NCBI GenBank assembly: GCA_964016885.1
Contig: OZ024750.1
Coordinates: forward strand, 124,001 to 188,000
Direction of reading: 5' to 3'
DNA length: 64,000 nt
From: Eledone cirrhosa
Lineage: Eukaryota
Both the position numbers and the translations under genes were made by a program. Numbering within the stretch: the stretch's first letter is position 1; each line of letters opens with the position of its first letter. This document shows positions 1 through 11,038 of this stretch, piece by piece. Under the pieces are notes generated by a model. It was not told the origin of the DNA and did not search any database. It saw only the letters and a program-made list of their open reading frames with translations.

Positions 1-49
1 TGAATGTTCTAAGGACTAGGAATGTAATTACTTGTTTAAACATTGTGTA

Positions 50-96
50 TACTCCGATGATTCCAAACAGTTGTCTGGAAGAAACGATCGTCAGCA
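50..96 (+). ncRNA. Minimal type I hammerhead ribozyme motif (CCGAUGA core variant)
   Basis: CCGATGA(54-60)-TTCCAAACA/TGTCTGGAA stem II-GAAA-CGATCG palindrome-TC; stem I weak. Confidence 0.6.
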
Positions 97-142
97 ATTA
101 AATGCATTAAACAAAAATTTGATTGTTATATATTTTGTATTT

Positions 143-174
<32 letters not shown>

Positions 175-2570
175 CAGGGTGTGGACGATATCTGTTTGCA
201 AGATTACTGTCTAGGAAAAAATAACACAGTAGTTTTATTTTTTAAGATATATTTGTAGCAAGAGTTGCCTCCCCTGCCATGACAAACTCATCATCGCTCT
301 CTTGACAGGAAGTAGGGGGAGTTGCTTCCCTTTGGGATTGACAGTCTCCCTGTTGGTCACTTCCGGTCAACTCATATAAAAGGAGCAGTTTACCACGAGA
401 TCTCTATCTCGCCTCCTGATTCCTGAAGTGGTAACACCTTCGACCCTAGCTTGTGATGATTCCTTCTTGACGACCCTTTCGTTACCAAGAACAATGCAAC
501 TTGCAGCCTGAGATGAGAGCCTAAGATGTCTCTACCAACGTCAGCCTTGTATTATGACCACCCGAGCCACAAATACCCCAATATTTCTCTCTTGTGCATA
601 CACCTGCTCCTTCTGCCCCACCTTCACCTACATACAAGACTACGACCCGTTCCGGTTGGAGAGTCCACTGGCTCAAAAAGTTCTGCCAAACTATTTTTAT
701 GTGAACTGGCCATTGGAGCCTTATATATATATTTTTTTTTTTTCTTGCTGTTCTTGTTATTTATTGATTTATTGTATTACAATGTACCTCTCATTACCAT
801 TTAACTGGATGTATATATATGTTTTTCGTTTCCTTTACAACGAACATTTTAAGCTATATTCTTCTATTTGCCGGTTTATAAATTTACCACGTAAATTTGC
901 CGTTGAAAACCGCGCATTTATTAAGAATGCTTATTTCTCTGGTCGCTGGCCTCTTGATCCTTCCAGGTCAATGCATTCACAACATCAACAACAACAACAC
1001 AGCTTCATCAACAACTAAAACCAGCAGAACAAGCCAGACAATTTATTTCTGCAGCACTCTGCCTGTGAGAAATTCCCTTCGGAAGTTGGAAATTTCATGT
1101 TATACCACAGACCAGAAACCACCTGCATTCATTCTCTGGAACACATTCTTTACTGCTGTCATGTGACTGCACACATGTTAACTGTATTTTGGATATTTGA
1201 ACTTTTGACCTCTTCTCTTACTTTCATTACTTTGTACCACAATTTTCATGCCTCTTACATGCTCGCCATCTTACTCCATGCATGCTTCTTTCGATTTTTA
1301 TGTTTTAAAAATCTGGCGGGGGATAATGTAGCAAGAGTTGCCTCCCCTGCCATGACAAACTCATCATCGCTCTCTAGACAGGAAGTAGGGGGGGTTGCTT
1401 CCCTTTGGGATTGACAGACTCCCTGTTGGTCACTTCTGGTCAACTCATATAAAAGGAGCAGTTTACCACGAGATCTCTCTCTCGCCTCCTGAAGTGGTAA
1501 CACCTTCGACCCTAGCTTGTGATGATTGCTTCTTGACGACCCTTTTGTTACCAAGAACAATGCAACTTGCAGCCTGAGATGAGAGCCTAAGATGTCTCTA
1601 CCAACTTCAGCCTTGTATTATGACCATCGGGTAACAAATCCTTATATTTAATGCCTTTGACTTCCATGAAGTAAAAACTTTATTATAACACACACACCGG
1701 TATTTACTGTCTTTTATATTATGTTGTATGTACACCGATACTAATTTCCTAAATATTTATCAAACTTGGGTCAGTTTGTCTTCATGACTTGTTCTTTCGA
1801 TCTCACTCGATAAACCCGCCATTGGCTTTGATGACGGCTTCAAGGCGGCCTCAGAACCAGCTACAGGCCTTCGTTACTGTCCCCCGACTTAGGTCCCTAA
1901 ATGCACTTGTGATCCTGGCCTTCAGATCGTCTTTCGTATTGCAGCTAGATCTGTTGGTGTCTCATTCCACTGCGCCCCACACAAAGAAGTCGAGGGGGTT
2001 GCAGTCAGGCGAGCTGGGAGGCCAGATGTCAGGTGAAGTGTGGTCGATGAAGTTCTCTGACAGCCAGGCTTGGTTCTTTCGGCTGGTATGGCAGGGCACT
2101 GAGTCTTGCTGCCACATGTACGGCCTACCTGCACCTACCTGGTCGATCCAGGGCTTTACTACCTCACTCAGAACACGGATGTAGCCATCGGTGTTCAGCT
2201 TGAGGCCCTCAGGGAAGAAGTGAGGTGGCATGACGTCATCTTGACTGTTGATGACACCTAAGACCAATGTTGTTGTTGGAAACTTTGTCTGCATGACTCT
2301 GGGCACGTCTTTGGATGAGACACCATTCTCCTGCTGACGCTGAGAAAATCTGAAATTTCCTTATTTGTCCTCCCGGCGCGGATTCCAAGAAGAACTCTGT
2401 GTCTCTTCCACAAATTTGGAGGTTCAAAATTATTCATAATCAATTATTCTGAAAATAAATAATGGAAATATAGTCACTGTTTTTATGAAGACAAGAGTGA
2501 CAACGGAAGTAAAAAAAATTTGCATAAAATTAGCAGTTGAAAACTGCGAACAGATGTCGTCCGCACCCTG
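175..2570 (-). mobile_element. Tc1/mariner superfamily DD37D (maT-type) transposon, internally deleted, with nested insertion
   Basis: TIRs CAGGGTGTGGACGATATCTGTTTGCA (175) and TGCGAACAGATGTCGTCCGCACCCTG (ends 2570) inside TA runs; ORF 1962-2306 WQQDSVPCH...WPPSSPDCNPLDFFVWG has 37 residues between the last two Asp. Confidence 0.9.
254..1636 (+). mobile_element. Small non-autonomous LTR-like element (TRIM-like), ~310-bp direct repeats
   Basis: Direct repeats 254-571 and 1327-1636, both TG...CA, each with TATAAAAG; purine tract GGCGGGGGATAA before the second copy; no recognisable pol; TSD and PBS not found. Confidence 0.65.
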
Positions 2571-5365
2571 TATATATATATATATATATATATATATCAT
2601 CATCATCACTGTTTTACGTCCATTCTTCCACGCCTGCATGGGTTAGACGGGTTGTCCTGTTGTGGGCAGTGCCTGGTCAGCTGACCTTGTATTGCTCATA
2701 AGGGAACTGATTTTTGCTCGATTTTTACAGCTGGATGCTCTTCTTAAAACCAACCTCATTTACAGTGAGTGCTGGGTGCTTTTTTGCCGTGGCACCTCCA
2801 TGACCACTTTGTAGAGGGAGGGGGTGGGGCATATTGTCAATATGCTTCAGCTTCGGCTTGTACCCGTGGGGAGTCGGGTCTTCTGTATTACTGTGTGATG
2901 CCAGTTATTATTTGGTTGTAGCTTGGTTGAAGGTTGTAGCCATGAAAGCAGATGAATCTTTAACATAGTTGTAGGCAAGTGAGTGAGTAAAGATTAAAAT
3001 CTCAGTGGGTTGAGATTTGCTATGTCCTATTTAAGGGAACAAAAACTGTACTCTCTTGCCGTGGTGAAATGATAGTTTCTTGGGAAAAATGACTTTCCCA
3101 TATCACGTCAGATGTTATATTTTTAGTGTGTGCAGATTCCTTGGTGGCAGAAATATCAGAAGGCTTTATAAACATTTTTACAAAGGGTTAGGGTTAGGCA
3201 TGTCACAATACATATATATGTAGGTAACACCTCCCAGTCCACACTGTAAATGTGGTTGGTGTTAGGAAGGGCATCCAGCTGTAGAAAACCTGCCAGACAG
3301 TCCTATACGAGCGAGATACGGTCACCCGACCAATTTTGCCTCAAGTGGAATTCCCGTCTAACCCATGCTAGCGTGGAAGATAGAACTTAAACGATGATGA
3401 TATATGACATAACCTGATTGCCATGTCAAGCGGCAATCGAAACAGCGAAAATATATGACTGTCTCTGCTGGAAAATACATACATCATTGTTTATATTAGC
3501 TAGACATAAGATGAAGGAGGATCGCCTTGACGATTTTTTGTTTTATTATTTTATTAAGGCAAAGTTAACCTCGGCGGGATTTGAACTCAGAATGGCAGTT
3601 ACGGCTCTTGCCATTCTGAGTTCAAATCCCGCCGAGGTTAACTTTGCCTTTCATCCTTACAGGGTTGATAAAATAAAGTACCAGTAATGCACTGGGTAAT
3701 TGCTGGCCTTGTGCCAAAAGTAGAAACAATTATTTTATTATTTTATGTTGTGGTTATTGAATATTTTCATATTGTTAATTTTGTTGTCTTTGTTGAATTA
3801 TTTTCTGTTTAAACAGAATGGGAGTGTGTAAATTTCTCAGTTTGTAACTGTTGTTGTTTATTGTCCTGTGCTGTTTAAGATAAGAGGGATACAGAAATAT
3901 GTGAAAAATAACTGTTTCTTTATTTTGGTACAAGCCCAGCAATTTGAAGGAGAGGAGTGGAAAGTCGATTAAACCGGCCCCAGTGGTACTTTATTTTATC
4001 GACCCTGTGAGGATGAAAGGCAAAGTTGACCTTAATCGAAACATCTGACTAACCCATGTTTATAATGTGACAATCCTTTAAGTTTCTATTAAAAAACAAC
4101 TAAATACCTGTTTATCTAGTATATATATATATATGTGCATGATTTATTCCATTGTCATAAGGGTTTCTGACTCAGACAAAAGGCCAACAATTTGGGAGAA
4201 AGGAAAGTCGATTAAATCAATCCCAGTACATTACTGGTACTTTATTTTATTGACTCTGTAAGGATGAAAGGCAAAACTAACCTCGGTAGGATTTGAACTC
4301 TGTCACGAAGCATGGTGCCCGACGCTCTACTGATTCTGCTAATCCACCGCCCTAAGATATCTTCCCCATGTTCTCAAATAAATGCCTTACCAACACACAC
4401 TATCCTTTAACCTCAGATGTTTAAAAATCTAGATTTAGTATAATGGAATGATTCTTCCCCACGACCCTCCCAGGAATAAGTGGGAGGAGAATAATAAGAT
4501 GACGACTGTAGCAATTTATGTGCTTTCAGCTGGCATTTTAGTGTGAGGATGGTTAGAATTTTTGATTTTAATACCTGTATGTATAACTTTTCAATTCCAA
4601 TTACTTGCGTCAAGCTAACTTTGATATGTAAAATGGGGGGGGGGGGGGGGGGCTGTGTATTCTAATTTCTTTGTGTATGAGGGGCCCTCCCAAGGTCTAA
4701 ATCCAACCATGCCTGCAAGTGTGATGGCTTGCTTTAAAAAGTCATTAGATGGAAACTCCAGCGCTCCTTGTGGCATCTGATTGAGTGTGCGATCTTCATT
4801 GCCGCGACCCCTTTCTTCTTCCTTATCCTTTCACCTCATTTGTCTTTTTTTAAATACTGCATAGTATACATTATATAAACCGAATCGACAATGTGATGAT
4901 AATTCTTATTTTATTGGCTACAATGGCCTACATATAGGGGACAATACAAAAAGACAGGGACAGTAGGGGTTTAGAAAGAAATTGACTAAAAAATAAATAA
5001 ATACAACAATAAAAGAATAAAAGAATAATAGGTGAAACAATGTTCACAAATTCTTTCTTTCATTATTGTAATTGGTTTAATTCAAAGTGTGTGGATCTCA
5101 GGAGTATTCCGGATGTGCAAACAAGAGTTGAACGGAATATAGCAGGCATGCCACCCCTAACCCTAAACCCAAACGGGGAATACAAATGAAACAAAGGGCC
5201 TCAAAACGAGGAGAAATGAGGCAAAATGGGGAGATTTTACATAATGAAAGTAATTCCCATTTTCACAAGAGAAGACATTTCTCACCCCAAAGAAGTGGGT
5301 CGGAGATCCCTCCATCAGACAGGGAGAGTTGACAAGTCTGATATAGTGTTAGAGTAATTATAAAT

Positions 5366-5475
5366 ACTAGCAGAGGTAACTGGTGCTGCTCAGGTATTAA
5401 ATAGCAGTTATGTATACCATTTATGTCAATACTTCGGTGCTGGTTCGAAAACTATACTTTTATATATATATAGAT
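5366..5475 (-). mobile_element. Tiny Helitron-like relic
   Basis: Minus strand starts TCTATATATATATAAAAG and ends with a GC-containing stretch then CTAGT. Confidence 0.4.
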
Positions 5476-5524
5476 ATATATCTATATATATATATATAGA
5501 TATATATCTATATATATATATATA

Positions 5525-5567
<43 letters not shown>

Positions 5568-5648
5568 ATATATATATATATCTATATATATGTTGATTTA
5601 AAACTGCACTGTCCACAGGTGTTTTTTAGCCTTCATATCATGTTCTCC

Positions 5649-5719
5649 TGTTTTATCTGATGAAAACACAAATATTATTGCATGATGATGTTTGTTTTTG
5701 AAATGCGCATAATAAAATA
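5649..5719 (+). ncRNA. Minimal type I hammerhead ribozyme motif
   Basis: Stem I TGTTTTAT/ATAAAATA, CTGATGA, ~16-bp stem II with GCAT loop, GAAA, palindromic ATGCGCAT, AUA site. Confidence 0.8.
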
Positions 5720-6173
5720 CATGGAACTCCTTTAACCATCTTTTGATCTTATATTATATCTATATATATATATATCTATATATATATCTATATATATATA
5801 TATATCTATATATATATATATATCTATATATATATATATCTATATATATATATCTATATATATCTATATATCTATATATATATATATATATCTATATATA
5901 TCTATATATATCTATATATATATATATATATCTATATCTATATATATATCTATATCTATATCTATATATATATATCTATATCTATATATATATCTATATA
6001 TATATCTATATATATCTATATATATATCTATATATATATCTATATATATCTATATATATATATATATCTATATATCTCTATATATCTATATATATCTATA
6101 TATATATATATATATATATAGATATATATCTATATATAGATATATATCTATATCTATCTCTCTATATATATAT

Positions 6174-6209
<36 letters not shown>

Positions 6210-6792
6210 ATATCTATATATATATCTATATATCTATATATATCTATATATCTATATATATCTATATATATATATATATCTATATATATATATCTATATA
6301 TATATATATATCTATATATATCTATATATATATATAGATATATATCTATATCTATCTCTCTATATATATATAGATATATATCTATCTATATATATAGATA
6401 TATATCTATCTATATATATAGATATATATCTATATATATATAGATATCTATATATATCTATATATATATAGATATCTATATATATATATATATATATAGA
6501 TATCTATATATATATATATATATAGATATCTATATATATATATATAGATATATCTATATATATATATATATATATATAGATATATCTATATAGATATATA
6601 TATATAGATATATATATATATATAGATATATCTATATAGATATATATATATAGATATATATATATAGATATATATCTATATATATATATCTATATATATA
6701 TATAGATATATATCTATATATATATATATATATATAGATATATATCTATATATATATATATATATCTATATATATATATATATATATAGATA

Positions 6793-6839
<47 letters not shown>

Positions 6840-6884
6840 ATATATATATATATATATCTATATATATATATATATATATAGATA

Positions 6885-6938
<54 letters not shown>

Positions 6939-6942
6939 TATA

Positions 6943-6981
<39 letters not shown>

Positions 6982-6985
<4 letters not shown>

Positions 6986-7270
6986 TCAGGTCATCAGTTG
7001 GTGCTACTGGTAACATGTATCCCAGTACAACCTGTCTCATGGTCGGGTCGTTGGCGACTAAACTGGCAACCCCACCAAGGTTTCTTGGTGAGGAGGGTGA
7101 CTTTGGACATCCTGCAGGACTAAAAACAAAACCTGTCAAAGGGCAAAGGAGCTCTTAAGAGTCAATGTCCATCCAAAATCACTGGGAGAGATGACCCCTT
7201 AGCCTTTGTCAAGGCAGAATTCTAGGAGAAGGAAAACTCTGATATAACACCTGCAACCCTGATGGTATCC
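6982..7270 (+). repeat. Dispersed repeat resembling an RTE-type LINE 5'UTR; homologous copy at about 15650-15900
   Basis: Shared AAAAACAA(A/G)ACC(T/A)GTCAAA..G...AGAGTCAA..CCATCCA block; AAGGCAG...CTAGGAGAAGGAAAACTCTG resembles RTE leaders. Confidence 0.4.
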
Positions 7271-8219
7271 AATGATGTTGACTTGCTCTTCTTTTTGGTA
7301 AATATCATCTTGGTTAAGAAAGTGGGACTGGCTTTGTGCAGTGCCTTTGCTCACTATAAAAGCTTCACGGCACAGGCATTGCTTTATATCTGGAGATCTC
7401 TCTGCACTTGTCATCACATGGTACCATGGACCCAGCACTATGTGTCAATAATTGTCACAAGTGTAGTGTTTGTACCAGAGTTTACAAGTCGCTGGTTGGA
7501 CTAAAAAGTCACACTCGTTCAGCGCATCGGTAGAAGTTCTCCTATATGGATATAAAGTAGTGGCCGTACTCGAAAACGAGTTGGCAGCCACCATATATAT
7601 ATATATATATATATATCTATATATATATATATATAGATATCTATATATATATAGATATATCTATCTATATATATATATATATATAGATATATCTATCTAT
7701 ATATAGATATATATCTATATATATATATATATATAGATATATAGATATATATATATATATATAGATATATATAGATATATATCTATATATATATAGATAT
7801 ATATCTATATATATATATATATATCTATATATCTATATATATATATATATATCTATATATATATATATAGATAGATATAGATCTATATATATATATATAG
7901 ATATAGATATATATATATATATATATAGATATATATCTATATATATATAGATATATATCTATATAGATATATATCTATATATACATATATATCTATATAG
8001 ATATATATAGATATATATCTATATATACATATATATCTATATATATCTATATAGATATATATATCTCTATATATATATATAGATATATATCTATGTATAT
8101 CTATATAGATATATATCTATATATAACTTTGAATAACTTTGAAATGTTTTGGCCAGTATTGGCCCAGGCCATGTCTAACTTAATAGCACCACCTGGCGAA
8201 GTCTTTCAATTCAGGATTT

Positions 8220-9095
8220 GGGCACCATGGCCCATTCGAGAAGAGAATTACTGTCAAGATTGCGAGGCAGTGTGTCAGAGATAGTTGTGATGTCATTGGA
8301 GAGAAGTGTATCCGGAATGATAAAGGTGAGCTTGCCCTCACAAGTACTGAGAAGAAAGATGCATGGAAGAGTCATTATGATAGATTACTAAATGAGGAGA
8401 ATGCATGGGAAGAAGAGATCCTACCCCAAGTAGACCCTATAGAGGGACCAGCAGTACAAGTCAGCAGCAGCGTAGTAAGTAAGGCAATCAAAGATATGAA
8501 GATGGGGAAGGCAACCGGTCCATCGGGTATAGCTGCCGAGATGCTGAAGGCATCTGGGTCTGTAGGTCACACTATAACCACACGTATCGTTAACCAGGTA
8601 ATACTAGAAGGGGCCATACCAAAAGATTGGTGCAGTAGCATCATTGTCAACTGCTACAAAGGTAAAGGCGATGCACTAGATAGAGGAAACTATAGAGGTA
8701 TAAAGTTGATGGACCAGGTCATGAAAGTAACAGAAAGAGTTATAGCACAGCTGATTAGGGACCAGGTGGAAATAGACGAGATGCAATTTGGGTTTGTACC
8801 AGGAAGAGGCACCACTGATGCCCTCTTCCTTGTGAGGCAATTGCAGGAAAAGTACCTAGCTAAAAGTAAGCCACTCTACTTGGCATTTGTCGACCTTGAG
8901 AAAGCCTTTGACAGAGTTCCACGTGCTGTAATCTGGTGGGCTCTTAGAAAACTAGGAGTAGATGAATGGCTTGTGAAAGCGGTACAAGCTATGTATAGGG
9001 GAGCAGTCAGCAAAGTTAGGATTAGCAATGACTATAGCGAGGAATTTAGCGTACAGGTTGGGGTCCACCAGGGCTCTGTTCTTAGCCCTCTCCTG
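8220..9095 (+). mobile_element. RTE-clade LINE reverse-transcriptase fragment
   Basis: ORF 8496-9110 KATGPSG...NYRGIKL...QFGFVPGRGTTDA...[13 protein letters not shown]...[13 protein letters not shown]; breaks off at the 9096 palindrome. Confidence 0.92.
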
Positions 9096-9227
9096 TTTCA
9101 CTCCAACTAATTAGTTTCTGCAATGGGATAAAGACAGTTACGTAATAAACTGTCGAGAATGAATTCTCAACAGTTTATTACGTAACTGTCTTTATCCCAT
9201 TGCAGAAACTAATTAGTTGGAGTGAAA
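9096..9227. repeat. Near-perfect palindrome, 65-bp arms
   Basis: 9096-9160 / 9163-9227, one mismatch, 2-nt spacer. Confidence 0.95.
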
Positions 9228-9329
9228 ATTTTAGTAAGTAAGTTAATTTAAAAAATTTTTTTTTAAATTTTCTTATTTCACGTCTTTTATATATATATAT
9301 TGAATACCTCCTGTTTCTGGTCCTGACGT

Positions 9330-9790
9330 TGTAAAACATGCTACATCTTCAGCTCTTCTCTGATTGTTGATGATAGACATCATGTTGTTTTGGAGGTTAT
9401 GTTTTTTAATCTCTAGTGATGAAATGGCAGTCAAGTTGATGTGTTGCTGCTGACAGTATTTCAGCTTGTTGATTTTTTTGTTCGTTCTCTTAATTTTCCT
9501 GATGAGCGTTTTTCTATTTCTAGGGATTCTGTTCTTAGATTTGTTTATAGTTCTTAATGGGGTGTGTTTTGCACATATGTTTGTAACAGTGTCCACAAAT
9601 GTCTGCCAGGACTTTTTGATGTTAGTGGGTGTATGAGTGTGCGTGAAGGACCAGTCGACATGTGCAAGATCATGACTGATCGCTTCCCAGTTTGCATTGT
9701 GGAAATCCATAGCGTCAAACGGATGGACAGGAGAGATGACATTGGGTTTGTATATTGGACGGTGGAATCTCAGATCACAGAGAACCATGT
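9330..9790 (-). mobile_element. LINE ORF2 fragment (endonuclease-RT linker, CR1/Jockey-like)
   Basis: DFHNANWEAISHDLAHVDWS...SWQTFVDTVTNICAKHTPLR. Confidence 0.65.
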
Positions 9791-9917
9791 CATATATATA
9801 TATATATATATATATAGTAATAATAATAAATTTGAAGACTAAAATCCAAAGAGGGCTCGATAAGGATAAATATATATCAAATATATAAGAATCGTAGAGC
9901 AAATATTTATTAAAATA

Positions 9918-9993
9918 ACAGATTAAAGTTTAAGCAAAGAATCGCTGCTTTCACCCTTAACGGGATCTTCAGAAACTAACAAAGTCAATCTGT
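9918..9993 (-). ncRNA. Extended type I hammerhead ribozyme motif
   Basis: ACAGATTG..AGTTT-CTGAAGA-T CCC GTTAA GGG T-GAAA-GCAG CGATTCT TTGC-TT-AAACT.TAATCTGT. Confidence 0.75.
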
Positions 9994-10586
9994 GAACGCA
10001 GAAGTGAATATTTCAAAAAACGTTGCAACTGGAGGAAGACAGGACGACGATACTTTGGTTCGTGGAAACGTTTCTTCCCTGGCAAAGAACGGGAAAAGAC
10101 GAATATAATACGTCATTATTTGGAGCGGTGAAAAACAATTACACGCAAAGACAAAACCATGTTTATGGTATAAAAGAAGTCGTAGACTAATATTCTATTA
10201 GGTGGTTCATAGAGGCGTTCACTGGCAATGAACGGAAAAAACGAAGATAATACGTCATATGTGGAACGGGAGAACAATTGAACGCAAAGACAAACCACGT
10301 AAATGGTATAACTGAAGTCGTAGACTAAAATTCTAACTAGGAAACCGAATGATTCTGTATGTATGCATATATATATATATATATATATATACGATATTAA
10401 ATAAATGGAAACTATATTTATAAAACCATATTTATTTCATTATATATATTTCAGGGATATCATATTAAAAATATGTTATGCCTTCCTCAGACAAAATACA
10501 ATATAAACAGTCTTATAAATAGATAGATTCGACATACCTTTCAACATTTACTCGTTGTTAACCCAACAATTTAAATAAAACTTTGC

Positions 10587-10641
<55 letters not shown>

Positions 10642-10781
10642 ATGTATGTATATATATAAATATATGTGTATGTGTATATTATATATATATATGTATATCT
10701 ATACATGTGTATATGTGTTTGTATATGGATATATATATATATGTGTGTATATGTATATATGTGTATATATATATATATATG

Positions 10782-10813
<32 letters not shown>

Positions 10814-10825
10814 CGTGTGCGTGTG

Positions 10826-11038
10826 CAGACAGTCAGGTATACAGACAGATATGGATAACTGGCGCCTAACACCCTTTAACAACAGAAAATTGAAAAAGAA
10901 AGCGGCAGTTAACATCTTTAGACCGCAAGGAATATATAAATGCAAGTTTGAAGTCAATCGGAGTAGAAATGTGGATTTGTATAGACTTTGCAAAAATGAG
11001 GACACACAGACAACATCAGTTTCATATATATAGATAGA
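10826..11038. repeat. Non-autonomous repeat end (Helitron-like) after a (TG)n/(TA)n tract
   Basis: AAGTTTGAAGTCAATCGG...ACACACAGAC...TATATATAGAT organisation typical of such relics. Confidence 0.35.

Larger units (their letters stand above)
5460..8125. repeat. Large compound (TA)n/(TATC)/(GATA) microsatellite arrays interrupted by two unique islands
   Basis: Directly visible; islands at about 5592-5755 and 6982-7592. Confidence 0.95.

Noticed and set aside
5743-6471. 242-aa Y/I-rich ORF and similar ORFs at 10583-11033 and 25285-25746
   Set aside because: Translations of (TA)n/(TG)n/(CA)n microsatellites.
9315-9353. Minus-strand CTGAAGA...GAAA
   Set aside because: At the edge of a LINE coding fragment; stem II does not abut GAAA and no stem I or III forms.
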